Positions 57,102-64,000 of a stretch of DNA of 64,000 bases are shown one piece after another (within the stretch, counting starts at the first letter, position 1; the number at the start of each line of letters is the position of its first letter). Source of the stretch: a virus (taxonomy: Duplodnaviria > Caudoviricetes); the IMG/VR virus record IMGVR_UViG_3300038321_000292, positions 7,506 through 71,505 of that record; one strand, written 5' to 3'. The notes beneath the pieces are model-generated. The model was not told where the DNA came from. It was given only the letters and a program-made list of their open reading frames with translations, and ran no database searches. The position numbers were made by a program, and so were the translations under genes.

Positions 57102-57383
57102 TTAATCTTTTAAAAGTTTCTGGTATCGTTCTTCACTAATATCAATTAATCTTTGACTATGCAAATCAATATTAACTTCCTCAACAGGAATATTTAATAA
57201 GCGTTTCTGATGACAATATTCCTGTGCAGTTGTTAAACTCCAAATATTAAATCCTTTAAAATCTAATACTACTCTCTTAGTATAAGCTGGTAATTCAAGA
57301 AATATGTTTTCCATCTCACTACGCAAACAAGTACCTGCAGGATATAAATCCATCATTTTAATTTTAATAATATTCTTACCCAT
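57102..57383 (-). CDS. STAS-like (DUF4325-type) protein, paralogue of 44382-44660
   Basis: VVLDFKGFNIWSLTTAQEY versus TIDFHGVDFMGRSFAQEY. Confidence 0.6.
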   Translation of the reverse strand: MGKNIIKIKMMDLYPAGTCLRSEMENIFLELPAYTKRVVLDFKGFNIWSLTTAQEYCHQKRLLNIPVEEVNIDLHSQRLIDISEERYQKLLKD

Positions 57384-57386
57384 AAC

Positions 57387-57794
57387 TTAATATGCTCCTT
57401 CTTTCACTAAATCATGCTCTACTCGATGACAATGCCCACACATCAAAACCACATTATCCTTATCATACTTCAACCAAGGAGCCATACTCTTATAATTCAT
57501 ATGATGAATAGTTAAATGACTCATATCCATATCCCCACATTCAGCACAATGCAACTTATCCTTACTACCTAAACTTTGATAAACCGTATTTTTAAAATCA
57601 TTATTAATAAAATAACAATTATCCCCAGTACTCTTACGAGCACCATAACTAAAAATCTTTTTAAGATTCTTAGGATCAACACCATACTTATAAACCAATT
57701 GCTTACTTAATCGTTTATACAAACGTTCATAAGCTGCTTCAGGATTATCCTTTAATTGATAATATAAATTCTTTTTAAACTTCTCACTAACCAT
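57387..57794 (-). CDS. HNH endonuclease
   Basis: CAEC...LTIHH...NVVLMCGHCHRVEH. Confidence 0.88.
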   Translation of the reverse strand: MVSEKFKKNLYYQLKDNPEAAYERLYKRLSKQLVYKYGVDPKNLKKIFSYGARKSTGDNCYFINNDFKNTVYQSLGSKDKLHCAECGDMDMSHLTIHHMNYKSMAPWLKYDKDNVVLMCGHCHRVEHDLVKEGAY

Positions 57795-57801
57795 ATAATA
57801 A

Positions 57802-58131
57802 TCAATCCTTCACTAAATTAAATTCAATACAATAAACCATACTATCAGGGGTTAAAGAATAATAATCCATTAAAACATTCATCAACTCCTCTTTACGATT
57901 ATAACCCTCACGTTGAGCATCACTATCACTTAAATATTTAAACTTCTTTTCAACAATCCTATCCACATAAATATGTAAATAAAAAGGAATAATGTAATCA
58001 TCATCAACAAACACAGCACGAACCACCATACCATCAGTTAAACCAGTTTTAAGATGGTCTCGTGTTGTTTGTGTTTTAACTCCTTTCTGAATCATACCAT
58101 AAAATTTCTTATCAAATTTTAACCTAATCAT
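57802..58131 (-). CDS. ASCH-domain protein
   Basis: LKFDKKFYGMIQKGVKTQTTR (GxKxxTxR), DAQREGY, VYCIEF. Confidence 0.85.
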   Translation of the reverse strand: MIRLKFDKKFYGMIQKGVKTQTTRDHLKTGLTDGMVVRAVFVDDDYIIPFYLHIYVDRIVEKKFKYLSDSDAQREGYNRKEELMNVLMDYYSLTPDSMVYCIEFNLVKD

Positions 58132-58565
58132 ACACTCACCTTACGACCTAACCAAATAATTTCTCCATCAACACGCTCATCTAAACTTTCCATAGCATCA
58201 TAATCCCAACCACACATAATCAACTTATCACGTTCATCTAATGCAGATTTTAAGGTTTTGAATTGTCCAAAATTATAATTATACCCTTTAATCTTTTTTT
58301 CAATAATAAAAAAAGAACCAGTGTAAAAAATATATTTAGGTAAATTCTGTTTACAGATTTTAACAGGATCATTACGAGGCCAACCTAAATTTATTAATCT
58401 ATCCCTCTCCATTACTGCTTCCACAATACTATGAAACCTACCATAATAATGTCCTTTATATCTTAACTCTACAGTTGTACTGTTAATATAAGTAACATAT
58501 AATGGTAAATCATGCTGACACCATTTTTCCCCCAATAAAATTTCACCTATGATTCTAAAAAACAA
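58128..58565 (-). CDS. Tandem AP2-like DNA-binding domain protein
   Basis: Two repeats: YYGRFHSIVEAVMERDRL...GW and NFGQFKTLKSALDERDKL...GW. Confidence 0.7.
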   Translation of the reverse strand: MFFRIIGEILLGEKWCQHDLPLYVTYINSTTVELRYKGHYYGRFHSIVEAVMERDRLINLGWPRNDPVKICKQNLPKYIFYTGSFFIIEKKIKGYNYNFGQFKTLKSALDERDKLIMCGWDYDAMESLDERVDGEIIWLGRKVSV

Positions 58566-58683
58566 TTTTTTTAATTACTCCAAGATTAGATTACATTCTA
58601 TTATACTACTAAAAAAAGTAAGAATAGGAAAGTAAAAAATATAAAATTAAATATCCCCTACCTTTCCTAATCTTATGAAAAAA

Positions 58684-58878
58684 TTATTTATTTCTTTTTT
58701 TACCCATATTCAAATGGCTTTGTCGTCTAGCTCTCGTTTTATGATTCGCAATACGTTGTTGTGAAATATTCTTACTTTTCACATCACATCTTCTAATCAT
58801 TAAACTAGGTAATGACAAATTCATCTTATCACATGTTGCTAATATACTTCTCACCTCCTGGAAACTAATTCCTTCCAT
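58684..58878 (-). CDS. Small basic protein overlapping the cysH-like stop
   Basis: 64 aa, Arg/Lys-rich C-terminus. Confidence 0.5.
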   Translation of the reverse strand: MEGISFQEVRSILATCDKMNLSLPSLMIRRCDVKSKNISQQRIANHKTRARRQSHLNMGKKRNK

Positions 58879-59612
58879 TCTTCCTGATTAACTTCTTCAT
58901 TACGTTCACTATTAAAGAATATTCCCTCAAAATAATATTGCCCTCCAACTGCCAGGTTATTCTCATTATAATTACTTGTGAATCGTACTTTATCCCAACC
59001 ATATAAAGGGCCCATAACATCATATTGAGGATTATAAAACAAATCCTCTGTAATAATATAACTCCAAACATCATCAACAGTTAAATGTCGAATAGGGAAA
59101 GTAACCATACGATTCCCTTCATTTCTTATTAAAGGACCTTTTACACGATGTTTACGAGTAATGCTTTCTCCTCCACGAATACCAAGCACTTCTAAATCAC
59201 AATCCCATTTCTCCATGCACTCAAAAAGTAAAGGGAAATAATCTCTACAATTATAAACCCCATTCTCTTTTATTGGTAAATTCATATTATGAATATTGGT
59301 TGCTCCTGTTGATTCTGCACTTTTAATCACATTCTTAACAGTTTTAATTGAAGCATGAATCTGTTCTGCATTATAACTATAACTTGGAACATAATAGAAT
59401 ACTGGTAAGGTTGGATCTTCTTTACAAAATAAATTTAATAATACTAAACTATCCTTCCCTCCACTGAATTCTATTACAGGATTATAATACGAATTTAATA
59501 TGGTTTGAATATTTTCTTTTGCTTCTTTTAACCTATTCTTATATTCATCATGCTTTGTATGTAATTCAAAACCTCGACGTGTTCGTCTTGGCATATTATT
59601 ATCTTGATGCAT
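58851..59612 (-). CDS. cysH: CysH/PAPS-reductase-like PP-loop protein of the type IV-B locus
   Basis: FSGGKDS PP-loop, GIRGGES..R, PIRHLTVDDVWSYI, NPQYD. Confidence 0.88.
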   Translation of the reverse strand: MHQDNNMPRRTRRGFELHTKHDEYKNRLKEAKENIQTILNSYYNPVIEFSGGKDSLVLLNLFCKEDPTLPVFYYVPSYSYNAEQIHASIKTVKNVIKSAESTGATNIHNMNLPIKENGVYNCRDYFPLLFECMEKWDCDLEVLGIRGGESITRKHRVKGPLIRNEGNRMVTFPIRHLTVDDVWSYIITEDLFYNPQYDVMGPLYGWDKVRFTSNYNENNLAVGGQYYFEGIFFNSERNEEVNQEEWKELVSRR

Positions 59613-60356
59613 TTACACTACACTTATCTGTGATTCTGGAACATAACACATACACATATCCCCTTTAAACCAGTATGGTGGTTTGTAGGATTGTTTCTCA
59701 AAACACATTCCAGGAGTTATTGGAATCTTCATACTGGTAGGTAATGGTCGCATAAGTTTCCCATCTTTGAAAAAACTATAATCTTCATCAGCGTTTTCGA
59801 TTTTGAAATCTTTGATATGCCCTCCTCCAATACTTGACTTTTTACCCAAATGTGTTAAATTTGGTAATAAATATTCTAATGATTCCTTATCACCATTACA
59901 ATAAAAAGTAACTGTATCTGATAGTAATGCCGGTAAATTTATCATAAATCCTTTAAAGTAACCAGAACCAACTCTAACTTTTTTATACTTCTTAGAATTA
60001 ACACAACCTAACTCTTTATCACTAAATCGTTTATAAATAGTGTCTTTATATAATTTGGCTTGATTAAAAATCCCAACACTACTATGAAAAACATCTCCTG
60101 TTTTCTTTAAAGGTAATCTTAAGTCACGAGTATCAACAACAACTTCACTTGGCAAAATATAGAATAATTCATCAAGAGCATCTCGCAAACAAAGATAACT
60201 TAATATACTATCAAAATTCAGGAAAGGAGAAGTAATATAGATTGGAGAATCTATATTAAATGTAACCTTTAATGGAGTATAATCTGTTCCAGTTTCATAA
60301 TCAAGGATCTTATCAAAAATTTCATCCATTACTTCACTATTACTTCCTACTTCCAT
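59613..60356 (-). CDS. csf3: Csf3 (Cas5-group RAMP)
   Basis: PLKVTFNIDSPI, FDSILSY, Gly-rich LGKKSSIGGG, RPLP and PPYW. Confidence 0.85.
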   Translation of the reverse strand: MEVGSNSEVMDEIFDKILDYETGTDYTPLKVTFNIDSPIYITSPFLNFDSILSYLCLRDALDELFYILPSEVVVDTRDLRLPLKKTGDVFHSSVGIFNQAKLYKDTIYKRFSDKELGCVNSKKYKKVRVGSGYFKGFMINLPALLSDTVTFYCNGDKESLEYLLPNLTHLGKKSSIGGGHIKDFKIENADEDYSFFKDGKLMRPLPTSMKIPITPGMCFEKQSYKPPYWFKGDMCMCYVPESQISVV

Positions 60357-61210
60357 GTTCCCACCAATTCATCTAATAATTTTATCATCTCTTCTTTGTT
60401 ATCATTTACATAGTCACGATAAGCTGTATCAGTTGCCCCTTCGAGTGTAGGATAATCAAATTTCATTTTACCATAACCAGTAGCACCTTTACCACCTAAA
60501 TATGGTCTTTCTTTTAAAAGGTTAACTGCATTCACGAAACAAGCCTTTTCAACAGGATTCGCATCTTCAAGGACGAATTCATGAGTGAACATTGCTCCTC
60601 TAATAATAGTTTCAAATTCATACATCATTTGAGTGGATTGTTCTTTCTCTTTCTTATCATCATCATTTGCAGGTTTACTTTCTTTTAAATCATCTAATCT
60701 TGTACCGAAATCAGAAGCTTTCAAATTATATGCTCCAAAACTAGTATCATACTCATCAGAAATATAATCAGCAGTTTCCTTACAAACAAGATTACCAAGA
60801 CCTACTTTTAATTTGCCTTGAATCATCTGATTACCAAGTGCACTTCCAAGTAGGCTTATAGGAGGTATTAATTCACGTAAACGTTGTTTAAGCTTTAAAT
60901 CTATAGCTCCTTTATCAGCACTACTTCCTGCTTCAAGCATACCCCCAGTAAAAAGGAAATGATAAACTTTCATTGAGTCTAATTGGTAATCAAGTAAATC
61001 CAAATACTCTTGCATCATTAAACGTCTAAGTTTCCCCCGAATAGCATTACCATGAATTGCAGGTACCTTATCAATTCCCTTTTCCCCACTTTCATTTTTA
61101 ATCACAGTATCTAATCGTAGTATAAGTTTTGTTGTACCATAATCCTCGTTGCTTCCATGATGTAATGGTTCAAGACATGTCATATTTCCTTTAAATGTTT
61201 CAGTTATCAT
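60347..61210 (-). CDS. csf2: Csf2 (Cas7-group backbone RAMP)
   Basis: TCLEPLHHG, VPAIHGNAIRGKLRR, PPISLLG, QMMYEFETI, Gly-rich LGGKGATGYG. Confidence 0.92.
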   Translation of the reverse strand: MITETFKGNMTCLEPLHHGSNEDYGTTKLILRLDTVIKNESGEKGIDKVPAIHGNAIRGKLRRLMMQEYLDLLDYQLDSMKVYHFLFTGGMLEAGSSADKGAIDLKLKQRLRELIPPISLLGSALGNQMIQGKLKVGLGNLVCKETADYISDEYDTSFGAYNLKASDFGTRLDDLKESKPANDDDKKEKEQSTQMMYEFETIIRGAMFTHEFVLEDANPVEKACFVNAVNLLKERPYLGGKGATGYGKMKFDYPTLEGATDTAYRDYVNDNKEEMIKLLDELVGTWK

Positions 61211-61231
61211 ATATCAATCCTCTCCTTTTAA

Positions 61232-61615
61232 TTATAATGTTTTTTGCCCATTAGCTGCTAGTTTTCTATTTTCTTTTATTTCATCAACATAATCAAGTGC
61301 AAGATTTGCAATGTATGTTGTTTCCTTTCTTAATAATCTCATCACAACTTCGCGGTTTACATCTAAAAATTTTAATGCTTCTGTTTCTTCAGGTCTAACA
61401 AAATCCACTCCACATTTATGTATGAACACATCAAGGAACTCCTTAAAATTTGGTGCAGTACTACTTGCATTGATACGATCTACAAAGAATTTATGTGCAC
61501 TTTTAACTCCCACTTTTCTCCATGGGATTTTAACATATACTTCACCTAAAACATAGGCTAGTTTATTCTCAATTTCCATTTCAAATCGTTCTTGTTCTGT
61601 TATTTCATCTTTCAT
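61232..61615 (-). CDS. cas11: Cas11-like small subunit
   Basis: 127 aa all-helical ORF between csf1 and csf2, the IV-B position. Confidence 0.75.
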   Translation of the reverse strand: MKDEITEQERFEMEIENKLAYVLGEVYVKIPWRKVGVKSAHKFFVDRINASSTAPNFKEFLDVFIHKCGVDFVRPEETEALKFLDVNREVVMRLLRKETTYIANLALDYVDEIKENRKLAANGQKTL

Positions 61616-61648
61616 GCTATTCTAACCTCTTATTAATTATATTATAAC

Positions 61649-62284
61649 TTAATCTGCTATGTATAAGGCTAAATCATATATTGGGTTGCCCACATAACTT
61701 TTAACTTTTTTTAAAATATTTCTTGCTTCAATGTTACTAAATTCTTCTACAAGTTTACGATAATTGTACATTTCAAAATGTCCTGATTCTAAATCTTTTT
61801 TACTGATTTTTAAATCACGTAAACTTTTAATAAACTCATATAAACTTTTTAGATTTTCAAGATTACATTCTATAATGTCATAATCTTTTAAAATTTTAAT
61901 ATTATTCTTTGTGCTTTGATTATAAACTAGATTCATACGAATCCAACCTATTTTTTGCCAAGTGTCTGTTAAGTATAAGTAGAATGGTTTATCAGGTAAG
62001 TTAAAGATTATATCTTTAGCTTCCTTTTTCTTAAACTTCACAAACTCATCATTTGATAAGTAATACATTGTACGACGGTATTCATTACTATTATCTAATA
62101 AATAATGGCATTCTGGACAAATCACATCACCTGTAGATACGTAATCTGCAGTACTGAAGTTTCCACCAAACTTTTTCTTGAAACCAGTGGTAGTGTGTTT
62201 TCCACACATGCAACAAGTACCCTCAAGATCATTAGTTTCTGGAATGATGTTTCGTACTTTACATAATGTTTCACTGAAAGTCAA
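61649..62284 (-). CDS. csf1: Csf1 (reduced Cas8-like large subunit)
   Basis: CCMCG...ICPEC Zn-finger, PFYLYL.D.WQKIGW; first gene of the RAMP operon. Confidence 0.82.
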   Translation of the reverse strand: MTFSETLCKVRNIIPETNDLEGTCCMCGKHTTTGFKKKFGGNFSTADYVSTGDVICPECHYLLDNSNEYRRTMYYLSNDEFVKFKKKEAKDIIFNLPDKPFYLYLTDTWQKIGWIRMNLVYNQSTKNNIKILKDYDIIECNLENLKSLYEFIKSLRDLKISKKDLESGHFEMYNYRKLVEEFSNIEARNILKKVKSYVGNPIYDLALYIAD

Positions 62285-62345
62285 TCATATTCCCCTCCTT
62301 TCTAAAATTATTATAATAATTATTTTATTCACAATATCAGGGAAT

Positions 62346-62534
62346 TTATAATTCTTTTTCACCTTGAACTTTTGTAGCTTTAACATTACATTCAATATTA
62401 CTTGCAGTTCTTTGATTAATCCAATCACAAATCTTCTGTGCAGTAGGTTTACACTTACTTGGATCATTTGTCTCAAATCTTAACTCTAAAGTAGCAGTAT
62501 TAATAAACTTCATATAATTCCTCTTATTATTCAT
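62346..62534 (-). CDS. Small hypothetical protein upstream of csf1
   Basis: 62 aa ORF overlapping the previous stop. Confidence 0.5.
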   Translation of the reverse strand: MNNKRNYMKFINTATLELRFETNDPSKCKPTAQKICDWINQRTASNIECNVKATKVQGEKEL

Positions 62535-62772
62535 AATTTAAAGTACAGGTTTCAATACATGAGATAGGAACATAATAAACCCCATCATCCTCAGTAAACT
62601 TAATCATACCTCCAGTAATCATTATATCATCACCTGCAAAGAATAGTATACAAGTTGAATTCCGTATTGTGTTTTTCAAATTAAAATTAACTTCTAAATA
62701 CACAGTCTTATCAGAAGAATCACATTCTTCCCTAAAATTATTTAACACTACTTTAAAATCTTTACATTCCAT
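62527..62772 (-). CDS. Small paralogue 1 (possible Sm-like fold)
   Basis: FKVVLNNFR...YYVPISCIETC. Confidence 0.65.
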   Translation of the reverse strand: MECKDFKVVLNNFREECDSSDKTVYLEVNFNLKNTIRNSTCILFFAGDDIMITGGMIKFTEDDGVYYVPISCIETCTLNYE

Positions 62773-62802
62773 TTTAAACTCCTCCTAATTAATTATTTTA
62801 AT

Positions 62803-63045
62803 CTAATCATATTCTAATACACAAGCAGTAATAGAGGAAAAGGGAATATAAAATTTAATCCCCCCTCTACCCCAAAGTCCTCTTTGTGGAACTCTTATAC
62901 CCTCATCCATTATCTTTACTCGCTCATCATTACTAATAATGATATCAGAATCAGGATAGTATTTAATCTTAAGAGTTACATTATAAGAATCCTTAGAAGC
63001 TAATCTAAACTGTTCTAATATATCAGTAAACCATTCTTTATCCAT
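62803..63045 (-). CDS. Small paralogue 2 (possible Sm-like fold)
   Basis: FTDILEQFR...FYIPFSSITAC. Confidence 0.65.
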   Translation of the reverse strand: MDKEWFTDILEQFRLASKDSYNVTLKIKYYPDSDIIISNDERVKIMDEGIRVPQRGLWGRGGIKFYIPFSSITACVLEYD

Positions 63046-63052
63046 AAAAACA

Positions 63053-63310
63053 TCACACTTCCTCGGCTATTGTACAAGCAGTAATATAAGATAATGGAAT
63101 AAAAAATATATTTCCATTTAAAGGAAACTGAATAGTATCCCCCTCCGTATACACATTTTTCAAGGATTTAACTCCAGAAAAAATTATTTCAGCCCCATCA
63201 TCTAATACTGAATTTTCAGTCTTGAAAAAAATATGTAAATAATATTTAGAATTATATTTACAACATCTCCTAAACTCTCTAAATACACAATCTAAACCTA
63301 ATTTATCCAT
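63053..63310 (-). CDS. Small paralogue 3 (possible Sm-like fold)
   Basis: LDCVFREFR...FFIPLSYITAC. Confidence 0.65.
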   Translation of the reverse strand: MDKLGLDCVFREFRRCCKYNSKYYLHIFFKTENSVLDDGAEIIFSGVKSLKNVYTEGDTIQFPLNGNIFFIPLSYITACTIAEEV

Positions 63311-63527
63311 TCAAACCTTCCCCACAAAAATTAGTAATACAAGACTTAGGAGCACTAAGAATTAATTGATCATTACCATCAAACAATTGGTAACAATCCA
63401 ATAACTCCTTAATCCTAGAATAATAAACAATCAAACCATTAATAATAATAGCATGTATAGGTTCATTCCGATTATTCCAACTACTAACCTCTTTCTCACA
63501 ATTAATAACTTCACTCATAACAGACAC
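63303..63527 (-). CDS. Small protein, more distant member of the same family
   Basis: C-terminal LSAPKSCITNF. Confidence 0.5.
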   Translation of the reverse strand: MSVMSEVINCEKEVSSWNNRNEPIHAIIINGLIVYYSRIKELLDCYQLFDGNDQLILSAPKSCITNFCGEGLNG

Positions 63528-63771
63528 CCATTTTTTTAATATTTAACAAATAAACCAAGAACAATTAACAATAAAATAATCATAATAATATTAATAACAG
63601 TAATCATGATTCCCCTCTCAATTCAAATTTAAACAACTCTACTTGATGAATACTAGCCTCTAACTCCTTACTAATCCTAATCGCAGAATCAATAGGAATC
63701 ACCACATCCTCACCATCTAAAGATAAAATTACATTGAAACCATGATTACTAAAACCAACACAATGACTCAT

Positions 63772-63954
63772 TTACTCTAACCGTTCCTCAACCAAATACT
63801 CATTCATCATATCCTCAAACACATTATTAATACAAAAAGATAAAGTCTCATTCAATGATTTAAAACCATACTCATTACGAATACTCATCAAAGACTGTTT
63901 ATCCTCACGTTTTAACTTCAATTTATTCTGATTCTTATAAACATTATTAATCAT
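63772..63954 (-). CDS. Small RHH-like DNA-binding protein
   Basis: LKLKREDKQSLMSIRNEYGFKSLNETLSFCI. Confidence 0.5.
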   Translation of the reverse strand: MINNVYKNQNKLKLKREDKQSLMSIRNEYGFKSLNETLSFCINNVFEDMMNEYLVEERLE

Positions 63955-64000
63955 AAATTACTCCTTTAATTATTCCCCTAAACCTTTAGTAAGTTTTAAA

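Larger units (their letters stand above)
58851..62284 (-). CRISPR. Type IV-B CRISPR-Cas-like effector operon (csf1-cas11-csf2-csf3-cysH-like); no CRISPR array, cas6 or adaptation genes seen
   Basis: Five abutting or overlapping co-oriented ORFs with RAMP and PP-loop motifs in the canonical IV-B order. Confidence 0.88.
1..64000. mobile_element. Tailed archaeal virus/provirus (myovirus-like morphogenesis) of a Methanobacteriales host; extends beyond both window ends
   Basis: Contiguous integrase, endolysin with pseudomurein-binding repeats, baseplate, sheath, tape measure, HK97-type capsid, portal, terminase and early genes; no host core genes. Confidence 0.95.

Noticed and set aside
58851-59612. 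Auxiliary metabolic gene for sulfate assimilation
   Set aside because: Lacks reductase catalytic motifs and sits in the canonical type IV-B position.
1-64000. CRISPR array, TIGR-like array, cas6, cas1/2/4 or DinG to accompany the csf genes
   Set aside because: No run of three or more regularly spaced repeats with unique spacers was seen in intergenic regions and no ORF had those motifs. A by-eye scan can miss degenerate arrays, and the genome continues outside the window.

Overview
The whole 64 kb reads as part of one large, AT-rich, tailed (HK97-fold, Caudoviricetes-type) virus or provirus of a pseudomurein-walled methanogen (Methanobacteriales). The host is inferred from pseudomurein-binding repeats in the endolysin, methanogen-style adhesin-like proteins, an archaeal PCNA, TFB-like proteins and an archaeal-type thymidylate synthase. 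No host housekeeping genes and no att sites were recognised. Layout: small regulators and a tyrosine integrase (1-5.8 kb); endolysin (6.2-8 kb); adhesin/fibre, baseplate and contractile-tail genes (8-35 kb); head genes (35-42 kb); a cargo island with an Ntn-hydrolase, tRNA-Thr(CGU), a structured RNA and an aberrant tRNA-like RNA (42-45 kb); terminase (45-47 kb); then early, replication and nucleotide genes (split TFB-like pair, PCNA, XerA-like recombinase, ThyA, Dcd). The most striking element is a complete array-less type IV-B CRISPR-Cas-like effector operon (csf1-cas11-csf2-csf3-cysH-like, 58851-62284) in the viral early region. It is preceded by tandem small paralogues with a possible Sm-like fold and followed by AP2-like, ASCH and HNH genes. 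All protein assignments come from motif recognition by eye; no database search was run.
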